Part shown: positions 43,345 through 54,364 of the stretch, piece after piece
How the letters are laid out: the number at the start of each line of letters is the position of its first letter
How positions within the stretch are numbered: the first letter of the stretch is position 1
Translations under genes and position numbers: made by a program
Source: Rhodospirillaceae bacterium
GTDB taxonomy: Bacteria > Pseudomonadota > Alphaproteobacteria > CACIAM-22H2
Direction: 5' to 3'
NCBI GenBank assembly: GCA_027490975.1
Contig: JAIXXA010000166.1
Span: 14,150-78,149 of the forward strand
Length of the DNA stretch: 64,000 bases
Notes under the pieces: generated by a model
Told to the model about the DNA's origin: nothing
What the model saw: the letters and a program-made list of their open reading frames with translations, nothing else
Database searches by the model: none

Positions 43345-44070
43345 CTACTGGCGCAGCTGTTCGGGTTTGACGCTGCGGAAATCGACGAGCGTGCCAAGCA
43401 TCTGCAGATAGGCCACGAGCGCGTCCATTTCCGTGACTTGGGTCGAGGCGTTCGCGAAATCCGACACGACGGCCTTGGGATAGCGTTTCAGCAGCGCGCC
43501 TGTGTCGGCGTCCGGGTTCCTCTGCGCTTCGAGATCGGCCTTGGCGTTGGCCACCATCTCGTCCGAATAGGGCACGCCGATGATTTTGAGCGTGCGCAGA
43601 TGGTCCGCGATGTCGGCATAGGCCAGCGGGCGCGTCGCCATGAACGCGTAGGTCGGCATGATCGACTCGGGCACCACGGCGCGCGGATTGATCAGATGCG
43701 CCACGTGCCACGCGTCCGAATACTTGCCGCCGACGCGCGCAAGGTCGGGGCCGTTGCGCTTGGAGCCCCATTGGAAAGGGTGGTCGTACATCGACTCGGC
43801 CGCAAGGCTGTAGTGGCCGTAACGCTCGATCTCGTCGCGGAACGGGCGCACCTGCTGGCTGTGGCACACATAGCAGCCCTCGCGCACATAGATGTTGCGC
43901 CCGGCAAGCTCGAGCGGCGAATAGGGGCGCACCCCTTCCACCCGCTCGATCGTCTGTTCGATCGTGAACAGCGGCACGATCTGCACGAGGCCGCCGATCG
44001 CCACCGTAATCAGCGTGGCGACGGCAAGCAGGACGACGTTTTTTTCGAGTATCGCGTGGCTGAAGGCCAT
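43345..44070 (-). CDS. ccoO: cbb3 cytochrome c oxidase subunit II
   Basis: [26 protein letters not shown]. Confidence 0.96.
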   Translation of the reverse strand: MAFSHAILEKNVVLLAVATLITVAIGGLVQIVPLFTIEQTIERVEGVRPYSPLELAGRNIYVREGCYVCHSQQVRPFRDEIERYGHYSLAAESMYDHPFQWGSKRNGPDLARVGGKYSDAWHVAHLINPRAVVPESIMPTYAFMATRPLAYADIADHLRTLKIIGVPYSDEMVANAKADLEAQRNPDADTGALLKRYPKAVVSDFANASTQVTEMDALVAYLQMLGTLVDFRSVKPEQLRQ

Positions 44071-44086
44071 TTTCGGTCCCCCGATT

Positions 44087-45565
44087 CTAGGCGGTTGCGA
44101 CGGCGGCACGCACCGGCGCGACCGACGTGACCGTTTTCCAAAGGTTGTAGGCCATGATGAGCGCGCCCACGAGGTACAGCAGGCCGCCCAAGAGCCGGAT
44201 CACGTAGAACGGATGCATCGCGGCGACGGATTCGGAGAACGAGTACTGCAGGAAACCGTATTCGTCGTAAGCGCGCCACATGAGGCCTTGCATGATCCCC
44301 GACACCCACATCGAGGTAATGTAGAAGACGATGCCGAGGGTCGCGATCCAGAAGTGCCAGTTGGCCAAGCGCTGCGAATAGAGACCGGCACGGCCCCACA
44401 ATTGCGGAACGAGCCAATAGAGCATGCCGAAGGTGATGAAACCGACCCAGCCCATGGCGCCCGAATGCACGTGGCCCACGGTCCAGTCGGTGTAGTGCGA
44501 CAGCGCGTTGACGGCCTTGATCGACATCATCGGCCCTTCGAAGGTCGACATGCCGTAGAAGGCAAGGGCCGTCACCGAGAAACGCAAAGAGGGATCGGTG
44601 CGCAGCTTGTCCCAGGCGCCCGACAGCGTCATGAGGCCGTTGATCATGCCGCCCCAGGACGGCATCCACAGCATGATCGAAAAGGTCATGCCGAGCGTTT
44701 GCGCCCAGTCGGGCAGCGACGTGTAGTGCAGATGGTGCGGACCCGCCCAGATATAGAGGAAGATCAGCGACCAGAAATGCACGATCGACAGGCGATACGA
44801 ATAGACCGGACGGTTCGCAGCCTTCGGGATGAAGTAGTACATCATGCCGAGGAACGCGGCCGTGAGGAAAAAGCCGACCGCGTTGTGGCCGTACCACCAT
44901 TGGATCATCGCGTCCTGCACCCCGCCGGGCACGGTGTAGCTCTTCCAGCCCAGAAACGAGACCGGCACCTGGATGTTGTTGCCGATATGCAGCATCGCCA
45001 CCGTGACGATGAAGGCGAGGATGAACCAATTGGCGACGTAGATGTGCGGCTCGCGGCGCAGCATCAAAGTGCCGGCGAACACGACGAGATAGAGCACCCA
45101 CACGAGCGTGAGCCACAGATCGACATACCATTCGGGCTCGGCATATTCCTTGCCCGAGGTGATGCCGAGCACGTAGCCCGACGCTGCCAGCAGAATGAAG
45201 ATCTGGTAGCCCCAGAACACGCACCAAGCACCGAGCGAACCCAGAAACAGCGGCGTGCGGCAGGTGCGCTGCACGATGTAGAACGAGGCGGCGATCATCG
45301 CGTTGCCGCCGAACGCGAAGATCACGGCCGACGTGTGCACGGGCCGCAGGCGCCCGAAGCTCGTCCATTCGAGGCCGAGATTCATCGCCGGAAAGGCCAA
45401 TTGCGAGGCGATGACGTTGCCCATCAGGAAACCGACCACGCCCCAGAACACGGTCGCGATCATGCCGGCCCGGATCACGTCGTCGTGGTAGGCGGGAGCA
45501 GTCGTATCGTGCGCCGAAACCGCATTTGCGTTGATGCCGCCCATGGCGACGCTGGCCGATGCCAT
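44087..45565 (-). CDS. ccoN: cbb3 cytochrome c oxidase subunit I
   Basis: [37 protein letters not shown]. Confidence 0.97.
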   Translation of the reverse strand: MASASVAMGGINANAVSAHDTTAPAYHDDVIRAGMIATVFWGVVGFLMGNVIASQLAFPAMNLGLEWTSFGRLRPVHTSAVIFAFGGNAMIAASFYIVQRTCRTPLFLGSLGAWCVFWGYQIFILLAASGYVLGITSGKEYAEPEWYVDLWLTLVWVLYLVVFAGTLMLRREPHIYVANWFILAFIVTVAMLHIGNNIQVPVSFLGWKSYTVPGGVQDAMIQWWYGHNAVGFFLTAAFLGMMYYFIPKAANRPVYSYRLSIVHFWSLIFLYIWAGPHHLHYTSLPDWAQTLGMTFSIMLWMPSWGGMINGLMTLSGAWDKLRTDPSLRFSVTALAFYGMSTFEGPMMSIKAVNALSHYTDWTVGHVHSGAMGWVGFITFGMLYWLVPQLWGRAGLYSQRLANWHFWIATLGIVFYITSMWVSGIMQGLMWRAYDEYGFLQYSFSESVAAMHPFYVIRLLGGLLYLVGALIMAYNLWKTVTSVAPVRAAVATA

Positions 45566-45651
45566 TGTGATCTTCCCCCGTTTGGAACCGATCGCCGCAC
45601 CGTTGGCGACGTATATGCCGTCGAGAATGCGGGGCGCGTCGCCCGCCTGCA

Positions 45652-45665
45652 TTGACCTGCATCAA
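45652..45665. promoter_or_regulatory. FNR/FixK box
   Basis: TTGAC-CTGC-ATCAA between the divergent ccoN and DUF2189 genes. Confidence 0.88.
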
Positions 45666-45717
45666 GGCGCCGCCGGAAAAATGCTTCAAACTCCCTGAAA
45701 CGGCGGAGGAAATCGCA

Positions 45718-46506
45718 ATGCAGCCCGTAATCCCGATTATCGCTGGGCCCATCCCGCGCATCCGCATGGTCGCCCTCGATCGGCCGTGGATTTGGATTGC
45801 GCAAGGCTGGCACGATCTGAGTGCGGCGCCGCGGGTGAGCATTGCCTATGGCAGCGCCTTCGTGGCGTCGGGTGCCGCCATTGCCGTGCTGCTGTTTCTG
45901 GCCGAGTCGATCTATCTGCTGCTGCCGCTCGCGGCCGGGTTCATGCTGCTGGCCCCTTTGCTGGCGGTCGGGCTCTACGAGACAAGCCGGCGCATGGCAC
46001 AAGGCCAAGCGCCTGATCTGGGCGCGGCCCTCGGCGCTTTTCGCGCCAATATCGAGCAGGTCGCCTATATGGGGCTTGTGCTGATGCTGCTCAATCTCTT
46101 TTGGACGCGCATGGCGACGCTTATCTTCGCGGTCTTTTTCGGCAGCCCGCGCGGCAATCTGCAGGACCTCGTCGATCTCACGCTATTCTCGCCCGCATCG
46201 CTACCGTTCCTGCTGGTCGGCGGTCTTGTGGGTTTCGCACTGGCGACGATCACGTTTGCGATTTCGGTCGTGTCGATCCCGATGCTGCTCGATCGGCCCG
46301 GCACGCCGATCTGGGTCGCGATCGGCACGTCGATCGAAGCGGTGCGCGCCAACCCCAAACCGATGGCACTGTGGGCCGCCTTGATCTGCGCGTTCACGGG
46401 TTTCGGCATGATCCCGGCGTTTCTCGGCCTTGCCGCGACGATGCCGCTGATCGGCTATGCGAGCTGGCACTGCTACAAGGATGTGGTCGCGCTCGACGAC
46501 GCGTGA
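45718..46506 (+). CDS. DUF2189 family membrane protein
   Basis: W...GWHDL, GFMLLAP..AVGLYETSRR, PLIGYASWHCY. Confidence 0.85.
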   Translation: MQPVIPIIAGPIPRIRMVALDRPWIWIAQGWHDLSAAPRVSIAYGSAFVASGAAIAVLLFLAESIYLLLPLAAGFMLLAPLLAVGLYETSRRMAQGQAPDLGAALGAFRANIEQVAYMGLVLMLLNLFWTRMATLIFAVFFGSPRGNLQDLVDLTLFSPASLPFLLVGGLVGFALATITFAISVVSIPMLLDRPGTPIWVAIGTSIEAVRANPKPMALWAALICAFTGFGMIPAFLGLAATMPLIGYASWHCYKDVVALDDA

Positions 46507-47202
46507 TCAGCCCAGCGCGCGAAAGCCAAGCCAGAGCAGCACGCCCGCATTGAACAGCAGCAAAGCCGGCGCAAAACGGCCCATGGCCGTGCGCATGCGT
46601 TTGGCGGCCATCGCGCCTGCAAATCCGACCGCCAACAAGGCGGGTGCGGTTCCTGCGACAAACGCCGCCATCGCCAAGGCCCCGCCGGCCGCCGACCCGG
46701 TCCCTGAAGCTGCGGCCAAAGCGCCGTAGAGAAAGCCGCACGGCAGAAAGCCGAGTGCCACGCCCAGCGCATAGCCGCGCAGGCCCGTAGGGGCTGCGAG
46801 CAAACCGCGCACGGCGCCGGCAAGCCAGAAGCCGCCGACGGCCGGTGCCGCGCGACCGAAGGCCTGCAGCGCGAACAGCACGCCGCCGAGCCCCAGCGCA
46901 GCCGCAAGCGCATAGCGCACACCCGGCAGATCGGCGATCGCCCCGCCGAGCGCGCCCAAAACGGCACCGAGCAGGATGTAGCTGGTCGCGCGCCCAAGGT
47001 GATAGGGCAGCAGCAGCGCCCCCTGCAGCCGCTGCAACGGCGCCGCTTCCATGCGCGCCAAGGTCTGCGCCATCACGAACGGCCCGCACATGGAAGCACA
47101 ATGCAGGAAACTGCCCGCGAACCCCGCCAAAGCCAAAGCTGCAGCAATGCCGCCCGCATCGAGCCCGCCGACCAAGGCAAGGTCCGTCGGGTGGTCGCGC
47201 AT
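46507..47202 (-). CDS. DsbD_2 / TauE-SafE-like membrane protein (cbb3 assembly associated)
   Basis: HCASMCGP, YHLGR..SY, GFLPCG.LY. Confidence 0.85.
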   Translation of the reverse strand: MRDHPTDLALVGGLDAGGIAAALALAGFAGSFLHCASMCGPFVMAQTLARMEAAPLQRLQGALLLPYHLGRATSYILLGAVLGALGGAIADLPGVRYALAAALGLGGVLFALQAFGRAAPAVGGFWLAGAVRGLLAAPTGLRGYALGVALGFLPCGFLYGALAAASGTGSAAGGALAMAAFVAGTAPALLAVGFAGAMAAKRMRTAMGRFAPALLLFNAGVLLWLGFRALG

Positions 47203-47207
47203 CGGGT

Positions 47208-48461
47208 TCAGTCGGCGGCTTTGCGCGCCGTTTGCGCGGCGTCGCGATAGCAGGCGAGCGCTTGGGGCACTGCCGCATTGGTCGCAATCTTCGCACCATT
47301 GGCGAGCAGCACCGACTCGAGGGCCGCGAGCGTGGTCAGCACGCAATCCTTGCGCGCATTGTAGCCCATCGTGCCGATGCGCCAGATCTTGCCGTGCAGC
47401 GGCCCGAAGCTGGTGCCGATTTCGATGCCGAAATCCTCGAGCATCGACCGGCGCACGGCTTCGCCCGCCACGCCGTCGGGGATGTAGACGCCGACGACAT
47501 TGGCCATCTTGTGGCGCTGGTCGCCGAACAGCTTGAGACCCATCGCCGCAAGCCCTTGCGCCATCGCGTCGCCCGCCAGACGGTGGCGCGCAAAGGCCGC
47601 CTCGAGCCCTTCTTCGACCAGAATCTTGGCGCATTCGCGTGCGCCATAGAGCATCGAGGTCGCCTCCGTATGATGGTTGAGGCGCTTTTCGCCCCAGTAA
47701 TCCATGATCATCGCAAGGTCGAAATAGTTGGACGCAATGCGCCGCCCCGGCCCGGCCACGTCGGCGGCCGTTGCAATGCCCTGCTCGACATGGCGCCGGC
47801 GCATGATCGCTTCTTCGGCGCGCGGGCCGATCGTGATCGGCGCGGAGCCAGACGGCCCGGCGAGGCATTTCTGCAGGCCCGAGGAGACGAGATCGAGCTG
47901 CCACTCGTCGGCGCGCAGATCGTTGCCGCCGAGCGACGCGGTCGTGTCGGTGTAGAGCAACGCGTCGTAGGCACGCGCGAGTTTGCCGAGCTCGTTCAAC
48001 GGCTGCAGCATCGTGGTCGAAGTGTCGCCCTGGCACACGGCGAGCAGTTTCGGGCGATGCTGCTTCAAAGCTGCTTCGATCTGTTCGGGCGTAAAGACGG
48101 TGCCCCATTCGGCCTGGATTTCGACAACTTCGGCACCGCAGCGACGCGCGATTTCGGCCTTCAGATGTCCGAACCGGCCGAAGACGGGCACCAGCACCTT
48201 GTCGCCGGGCTCGATCAGCGAAACCATCGCCGCCTCGATGCCGCCGCGCGCGGTCGCGTCGATCAGCAGCGACCATTTGTTCTGGGTGCGGAAAACCTGG
48301 CGGTAGAGCGCCATCGTCTCGGCCATCAGAGCTGTCATCGACGGGTCGAACTGGCCGACCAAGGGGGTCGCCATGGCGCGCAGCACGCGCGGATCGGCAT
48401 TGATGGGGCCAGGGCCCATCAGCAGGCGGGCAGGCGGGTTCAGATCGGCGAAAACGGTCAT
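47208..48461 (-). CDS. Class V PLP aminotransferase, PucG (ureidoglycine-glyoxylate)/AGT-like
   Basis: RLLMGPGP, QKCL (PLP Lys), LNHHTEATSMLY, WRIGTMG. Confidence 0.88.
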   Translation of the reverse strand: MTVFADLNPPARLLMGPGPINADPRVLRAMATPLVGQFDPSMTALMAETMALYRQVFRTQNKWSLLIDATARGGIEAAMVSLIEPGDKVLVPVFGRFGHLKAEIARRCGAEVVEIQAEWGTVFTPEQIEAALKQHRPKLLAVCQGDTSTTMLQPLNELGKLARAYDALLYTDTTASLGGNDLRADEWQLDLVSSGLQKCLAGPSGSAPITIGPRAEEAIMRRRHVEQGIATAADVAGPGRRIASNYFDLAMIMDYWGEKRLNHHTEATSMLYGARECAKILVEEGLEAAFARHRLAGDAMAQGLAAMGLKLFGDQRHKMANVVGVYIPDGVAGEAVRRSMLEDFGIEIGTSFGPLHGKIWRIGTMGYNARKDCVLTTLAALESVLLANGAKIATNAAVPQALACYRDAAQTARKAAD

Positions 48462-48605
48462 GGGTCAGCCGCGATGCTGGAGGAAAACGGGAATTCTGCC
48501 CGGTTTTCCCGCGAAATGGCGCCAAGCGCAAGAGCCCGCGACTTTTGCCACGAAGCCCCGGCGCATGCTATCCAACCCGACCGCCAAAACAGGACATGAA
48601 GACCG

Positions 48606-49883
48606 ATGCTCGACCGCAATTTCGTCCTTGCCAATCTCGCCGACATCGCTGCGAATTGCCGCAATCGCGGCGTCGAAATCGATCTCGACCGCTTCGCGCA
48701 AATCGAGGCCGCGCGCAAAAAGGCCGACCAGGCCCTGCAGGACGCCCAGCGCGAGGCCAATGCGCTGGCCTCCGCCAAGGATCTGTCGGTCGACCAGAAG
48801 CGCGAACAAGGCCGCCTGTTGCGCGAGAAGCGCGAGGCGCTCAAAGCCGAGCTCGACGCCGCGCAGGCCGAGGCCGACGCGCTGCTGCTGCGCATCCCCA
48901 ACATGACGCACCCGGCGTCGCCCGTCGGGCGCGACGACAAGGACAACAAAGAAATCGACCGCAACGCGGTGCCGCATCCGAAATTCGATTTCGCCGCGCG
49001 CGATCACGTCGCCCTCGGCGACCTGCTCGGCATCATCGACACCGAAGGCGGCAGCAAGGTCGCCGGCCCCGGCTTCTATTTCCTCAAAGGCGACGGGGCG
49101 CGCTTGGAACTGGCACTCCAGAATTTCGCGGTCGAGTTCCTGGCCAAGCGCGGCTACGTGCCGCACATCACGCCCGACATGGCGCGCGACACGATCCTGC
49201 AGGGCACGGGCTTCGTGCCGCGCGGGGCCGAGACCAACACCTACCGCATCGAAGACCACGACATGTCGCTGATCGCGACGGCCGAGATCACGCTGTGCGG
49301 CCTCTACCAGGACACGATCCTCGACGAAGCCGAGCTGCCGATCCGCATTGCGGGCGTGTCGCACTGCTTCCGCACCGAGCGCGCGGCGGGCCGGGCGACG
49401 CGCGGCCTCTATCGCGTGCATCAGTTCACGAAGGTCGAGATGGTCGTGATCGCCACCCCCGAGCAGTCGGAATCGATCCACGCCGAACTGCTCGCCAACG
49501 AGCGCGCGATTTTCGACGCGCTCGAACTGCCCTATCGCGTGCTCGACATCTGCACGGGCGATTTGGGCGGGGCTGCCTATCGCAAATACGATCTCGAAGC
49601 CTGGATGCCGGGCCGCGGGCAAGGCGGCGAGTTCGGCGAAGTCACGAGCACGTCGAACTGCACCGACTACCAGGCGCGCCGCCTCAATATCCGCTACCGC
49701 AAAGGACCGAAGGAAAAGCCGCTCTACGCGCACACGCTGAACGGCACGGGTATTGCGCTCGGCCGCGCCATGATCGCGATCCTCGAGAACAACCAGGAAG
49801 CCGACGGCAGCGTGCGCCTGCCCGCCGCCCTGCAGGCTTTCATGGGCCAGACGCATATCCGCCCGCGCGCGGCCAAAGCGTGA
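48606..49883 (+). CDS. serS: Serine--tRNA ligase
   Basis: N-terminal coiled coil, IPN, TAE, motif 2 FRTE...RVHQF, SNCTDYQARR, HTLNGT. Confidence 0.95.
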   Translation: MLDRNFVLANLADIAANCRNRGVEIDLDRFAQIEAARKKADQALQDAQREANALASAKDLSVDQKREQGRLLREKREALKAELDAAQAEADALLLRIPNMTHPASPVGRDDKDNKEIDRNAVPHPKFDFAARDHVALGDLLGIIDTEGGSKVAGPGFYFLKGDGARLELALQNFAVEFLAKRGYVPHITPDMARDTILQGTGFVPRGAETNTYRIEDHDMSLIATAEITLCGLYQDTILDEAELPIRIAGVSHCFRTERAAGRATRGLYRVHQFTKVEMVVIATPEQSESIHAELLANERAIFDALELPYRVLDICTGDLGGAAYRKYDLEAWMPGRGQGGEFGEVTSTSNCTDYQARRLNIRYRKGPKEKPLYAHTLNGTGIALGRAMIAILENNQEADGSVRLPAALQAFMGQTHIRPRAAKA

Positions 49884-50479
49884 AAAGCTTGCGCGACTTC
49901 GTCGTCGCCGCCACGCGGGCCATGGGCCCCGACGGCCTCGACGAAGCGCAAGCGCACGCCAAGCTCGGGCCGCTGCTGCGCACGCTGATCGCGACCGACG
50001 ATTGGCTGCCGCCCGCCTTTGCCGAACCCGACCCGGTGCATTACCGCCAGTATCTGCTGCATTGCGACCCGCTCGAACGTTTCAGCGTGGCGAGCTTCGT
50101 GTGGGGGCCGGGCCAGAAGACGCCGATCCACGACCATACGGTCTGGGGCCTCATCGGCATTCTGCGCGGCGCCGAACAATGCCGCTTTTTCGCGCGCAAA
50201 GCCGACGGCACGCTCGAGCCTGCGGGCGAAGAGCGGCTCGAGAAAGGCCAGCTCAGCACGCTCGGGCCCCAGAGCGGCGATATCCACGAAGTCGCCAACG
50301 CCCATGCCGACCGCGTCTCGGTCGCGATACATGTCTACGGGGCGAATATCGGTGCCGTCGCCCGCCACGTGTTCGATCCGGCGACGGGTGCCGTGAAGAA
50401 TTTCGTGTCGGGCTATGCGGCCGCGACTGTGCCCAATCTCTGGGACCGTTCGGCCGACATCCGCGCGTCGCATTCGTGA
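49880..50479 (+). CDS. Thiol dioxygenase, Gln-type CDO / 3-mercaptopropionate dioxygenase-like
   Basis: YRQYLLHCDP, WGPGQKTPIHDHTVWG, DIH, IHVYG; GTGA overlap with serS. Confidence 0.9.
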   Translation: MKSLRDFVVAATRAMGPDGLDEAQAHAKLGPLLRTLIATDDWLPPAFAEPDPVHYRQYLLHCDPLERFSVASFVWGPGQKTPIHDHTVWGLIGILRGAEQCRFFARKADGTLEPAGEERLEKGQLSTLGPQSGDIHEVANAHADRVSVAIHVYGANIGAVARHVFDPATGAVKNFVSGYAAATVPNLWDRSADIRASHS

Positions 50480-51630
50480 AAACAGGTCCGGCCTTGGTCG
50501 GCGTGCTGATGTGCACGATGGCAAGTGCAGCCACGCTGCGCGCGGTCGACCCGCTGTTGCCCGATCTGGCCGAGCGTTTCGACACGCTGCCGGGTGCCGT
50601 CGGCATCGTGATCACCGCCTATTCGATCGCCTATGGCGGCGTGCAGTTCGTGTCGGGACGCATCGGCGACCGCTGGGGCAAGCCGCAGACGATCGCGGCC
50701 GCCGCCTTGGCCGCAGCCTTGGCGACGGGCGCATGCGCGCTTGCCGCTTCGCTCGACATGCTGATCGTGCTGCGCGCGATCGCAGGGGCGTGTGCCGGCG
50801 GCATCATCCCGCTTGGCATTGCCTATATCGGCGACAGCGTGGCCTACGAGCAGCGCCAGCGCGCCTTGATCCGGCTGTCGTCGATGCAGATCCTCGGCAC
50901 GATGGCCGGCCAAGTCGGCGGCGGCGTGGTCGGTGCCGCCCTCGGCTGGCAGGGGGTTTTCTTGGTTCTGGCGGCGGCGTTCGGCTTGGGGGCGGTCGTC
51001 CTGGCCTCGATCCTGCGAAACGCCCCGGCGGCCGCACCACGTGCGGCAAGCGCCAATCCGGGCTATGGCTGGGTCGCAAGTCCGCGCGCGCGCATGGTAT
51101 TGGCGACGGTCGCGCTGGAAGGGTTTTTCTTCTACGGCAGCTTGGCGTTCGTCGCGGCCGATCTGCAGACGCGCTTTGCGCTCGATCTTGCGACGGCGGG
51201 CTTGGTGCTGCTCGCTTTCGGCGCGGGCGGCCTCGTGTTTGCCTTCACATTCGCGCGCCTCTTCGGGGCCGCACCTGCGGGCCGCGTGCCGTTGCTGGGC
51301 GCCTGCGCTTTGGCCGTCGCGTTTGCCGGCATGGCCGTGATCCCAAGCGCATTCTACGCAGGTCCGCTGCTGGCCATGATGGGTTGGGGTTTTTTTGCGA
51401 TGCATTCCTCGCTGCAGACGGAAGCGACGCAGATGCTGCTGCACGCGCGCGGCCATGCGGTGGCGACGTTTGCGGCCGTGTTCTTCGCAGGCCAAGCCGT
51501 GGGGGTTGCCGCCGGCGGAGCGGCGTTCGACCGCTTCGGCGCCGAGCCGCTGTTCCTCGCCAGTGCGGCCATCCTGCTTGCGATCGGCGTGCGCTTTGCG
51601 CGCGCGCTTGCACGTGGCTACGCCAAATAG
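50476..51630 (+). CDS. MFS transporter
   Basis: GRIGDRWGK motif A, about 12 transmembrane segments; GTGA overlap with the dioxygenase gene. Confidence 0.88.
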   Translation: MKTGPALVGVLMCTMASAATLRAVDPLLPDLAERFDTLPGAVGIVITAYSIAYGGVQFVSGRIGDRWGKPQTIAAAALAAALATGACALAASLDMLIVLRAIAGACAGGIIPLGIAYIGDSVAYEQRQRALIRLSSMQILGTMAGQVGGGVVGAALGWQGVFLVLAAAFGLGAVVLASILRNAPAAAPRAASANPGYGWVASPRARMVLATVALEGFFFYGSLAFVAADLQTRFALDLATAGLVLLAFGAGGLVFAFTFARLFGAAPAGRVPLLGACALAVAFAGMAVIPSAFYAGPLLAMMGWGFFAMHSSLQTEATQMLLHARGHAVATFAAVFFAGQAVGVAAGGAAFDRFGAEPLFLASAAILLAIGVRFARALARGYAK

Positions 51631-52385
51631 GGTTTGAGCCAGCCCAAGCCCGCCGACGTTCCTGCACGCGGCCGATATTCGCAGCCGATATGGCCCGCAT
51701 AGCCGAGCCGGTCGATGAGATCGAACAGATACGGATAGGCAAGCTCGCCTTCGCTGGGCTCGTGCCGGTCCGGCACGCCCGCGATCTGCATATGGCACAC
51801 GCCCGGCAGGAACTTTTCGATCTTGCGCGCCACGTCGCCCTCGACGATTTGGCAATGGTAGAGATCCATCTGCACGCCCAAGGCGGGCGAGCCCACGGCC
51901 GTGCAGATTGCGTGCGCCTCGTCCTGGCGATTGAGGAAATAGCCCGGTATGTCGCGCGTGTTGATGGGCTCGATCGCAAGCCCGAGCCCGCGTGCCGCGG
52001 CCAGGGGTGCCGCCCGTCGCAGGTTGGCAAGATACGTCGCGAAGTCGGCGCCGTCGTCGACGCGCCCGGCCATCGCGTGCACGCGCGGACAGCCGAGCGC
52101 TTGCGCATAGTCGAGCGCCTTGGCAAGCGCCGCATCGAACTCGGCTTCGCGGCCTTTGAGCGCCGCAAGTCCGCGCTCGCCGCGCGCCCAATCGCCAGGC
52201 GGCAGGTTGAACAGCACGACCGCAACGCCCGCGGCTTTGGCCGCGCCCGCAATGCGTTCGGGCGTTTCGTCGTAGGGGAACAGGAACTCGACCGCGCGAA
52301 ACCCGTCAGCAGCGGCGGCGGCAAAACGGTCGAGAAACGCATGCTCGGTGTAGAGAAACGAAAGGTTGGCGGCAAATTTCGGCAT
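51618..52385 (-). CDS. Hydroxypyruvate isomerase family (Hyi/OtnI)
   Basis: [37 protein letters not shown]. Confidence 0.92.
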   Translation of the reverse strand: MPKFAANLSFLYTEHAFLDRFAAAAADGFRAVEFLFPYDETPERIAGAAKAAGVAVVLFNLPPGDWARGERGLAALKGREAEFDAALAKALDYAQALGCPRVHAMAGRVDDGADFATYLANLRRAAPLAAARGLGLAIEPINTRDIPGYFLNRQDEAHAICTAVGSPALGVQMDLYHCQIVEGDVARKIEKFLPGVCHMQIAGVPDRHEPSEGELAYPYLFDLIDRLGYAGHIGCEYRPRAGTSAGLGWLKPYLA

Positions 52386-53608
52386 CACGCCACCGCCGGG
52401 CGCTTGCCCACCAGCACCGCATGCGCGCCGAAGCCGAACAGCGCCATCGCCAACATCGTCGCGCACATCGGCACGGGCGTGCCGTCGGCCAGCAGGGCGA
52501 CCATCAAGCCCGAAATCGCGCCGAGTACGAACTGCGTGAAGCCCGCCAAGGCCGAGGCCGCACCGGCGATCTGCGGATGGTCGGCAAGAGCGCCCGCCAT
52601 CGCGTTCGAGCCGATGAGGCCCATGCAGGCGAGCATGCACAGCAAACCCACGACGATGCCCGCAAGGCCGAAAGCGCCGGTAACCGCAATTGCCAGCAAG
52701 ATCGCCCCGCATACGACCGACGCCGCCAGCCCGATGCGCAACGCCGCATCGCTGCCCATGCCGAGCACAAGGCGGCTGTTCAGATAGTTCGAGCCCATCA
52801 TGCCCACGACATTGAGCGCAAATAGCAGGCCGTAAGTGTCGGGCGCCACGCCGTAGAGCTCGATATACACAAAAGGCGTGCCCGAGATGTAGGCGAACAT
52901 CGCGCCGAAAATGCCGGCACCGCCGATCACGTAGCCCAGATAGCGCGGGTCGCGCAGCAGGCGCGCATAGGCGCCCGCGACCGACGCAAAACCGGCCGAG
53001 CGGCGCCGATCGAGCGGCAGGGTTTCGGGCTGGCGCAGCAAGGGCAGGCCCGCTGCCAGCCCGAGGACGGCAAGCACCACAAAGATCGCGCGCCAATCGA
53101 ACAGCTTCAGCACTTGGCTGCCGAGGATCGGTGCGAGCATCGGGGCGGCCCCCATGACCAACATCATCAGCGACATCACGCTTGCGCTGCGGTCGCGGTC
53201 GAAAACATCGCGCACCATCGCGCGCGCGAGCACGACGGCAGCCGCAGCGCCCAGCGCCTGCACAACGCGCCACATGGCGAGTTCGATCGGATCGCGCGCG
53301 AAGCTGCAGCCGATGCTGCCGACGGCAAACAGCGCGATTCCGACCAAGGTCGGGCCGCGACGCCCGTACCGGTCGCCGATCGGCCCCCATGCCAGCTGGC
53401 CGAACGCAAACGCCAGGAAAAAGCCCGACAGCGACAGCTGCACCTGGTCTTGCGTCGCCTCGAACGCGCGCCCGATGGTGGGCAAGGCCGGCAGATACAT
53501 GTCGACCGCGCTGGGCGTGATCGCCATCAGCGCGCCCAGCATGAAAACGAAGCCGATATCGCCGCGCCACCCCGGCGGCCGCGGGCCACCTTTCAGTCCT
53601 TCGAACAT
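52385..53608 (-). CDS. Bcr/CflA family MFS efflux transporter
   Basis: [29 protein letters not shown]. Confidence 0.92.
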   Translation of the reverse strand: MFEGLKGGPRPPGWRGDIGFVFMLGALMAITPSAVDMYLPALPTIGRAFEATQDQVQLSLSGFFLAFAFGQLAWGPIGDRYGRRGPTLVGIALFAVGSIGCSFARDPIELAMWRVVQALGAAAAVVLARAMVRDVFDRDRSASVMSLMMLVMGAAPMLAPILGSQVLKLFDWRAIFVVLAVLGLAAGLPLLRQPETLPLDRRRSAGFASVAGAYARLLRDPRYLGYVIGGAGIFGAMFAYISGTPFVYIELYGVAPDTYGLLFALNVVGMMGSNYLNSRLVLGMGSDAALRIGLAASVVCGAILLAIAVTGAFGLAGIVVGLLCMLACMGLIGSNAMAGALADHPQIAGAASALAGFTQFVLGAISGLMVALLADGTPVPMCATMLAMALFGFGAHAVLVGKRPAVA

Positions 53609-53704
53609 CAGCGGCTGCCCCCATGAGGCCGGTCGGCCCTAGAATTTTTATAGGCCCTCGAAATCCGGCAGACAAGATCGATGCGCCACGCCATATTTGC
53701 GCGC

Positions 53705-54364
53705 ATGCGCCATGCGATCTATTACGTGCCGACAGCCGACGATCCTTTATGGGATTTTGCCAATCGCTGGCTTGGCCGCGACCCCGAAACAGGCGCCGTT
53801 TTCGACTGCAACATGGCCGTCGTCGCCGATCCGCGCCGCTACGGCTTCCATGCCACGCTGAAGCCGCCCTTCGCACTCGCGCCGGGCAAGAACGAAGCCG
53901 ATCTTGCCGCAGCCCTTGCCGATTTTGCCCGCCGTACCGCCCCGTTCGACGTGCCGGACATGCGCGTGGCGACGCTCGGGCGGTTCCTCGCGATCGTGCC
54001 CGGCACGCCTGCGCCCCTTCTGCACGCGCTTGCCGATGCCTGCGTGCGCGATTTCGATGGCTTCCGCGCACAGGCCGACGAAGCCGAGCTCGCAAAACGA
54101 CGCAAGGGCGGTTTGAGTGCGCGCGAGGACGAACATCTCGTGCGCTGGGGCTATCCTTATGTGTTCGACACGTTCCGCTTCCACATGACGCTGTCCGGGC
54201 GGCTCGACGACGCAACGGCAACGCGGCTCGAAGCGGAGCTTGGCGCCGCCACGGCCGACATGCTGAGGCGCCCGCTTGCCGTGCGCGAGATCGCCTTGTT
54301 CACGGAGCCCGTCGCCGGTGCGGATTTTGTGCTTACGCGGCGCTTCCGGCTCGGATCCGCTTGA
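53705..54364 (+). CDS. DUF1045 phosphonate-associated 2H phosphoesterase
   Basis: [25 protein letters not shown] (two HxT motifs). Confidence 0.9.
   Translation: MRHAIYYVPTADDPLWDFANRWLGRDPETGAVFDCNMAVVADPRRYGFHATLKPPFALAPGKNEADLAAALADFARRTAPFDVPDMRVATLGRFLAIVPGTPAPLLHALADACVRDFDGFRAQADEAELAKRRKGGLSAREDEHLVRWGYPYVFDTFRFHMTLSGRLDDATATRLEAELGAATADMLRRPLAVREIALFTEPVAGADFVLTRRFRLGSA

Noticed and set aside
53681-53722. Repeated MRHAI at the DUF1045 start
   Set aside because: Short imperfect duplication that only affects start-codon choice.
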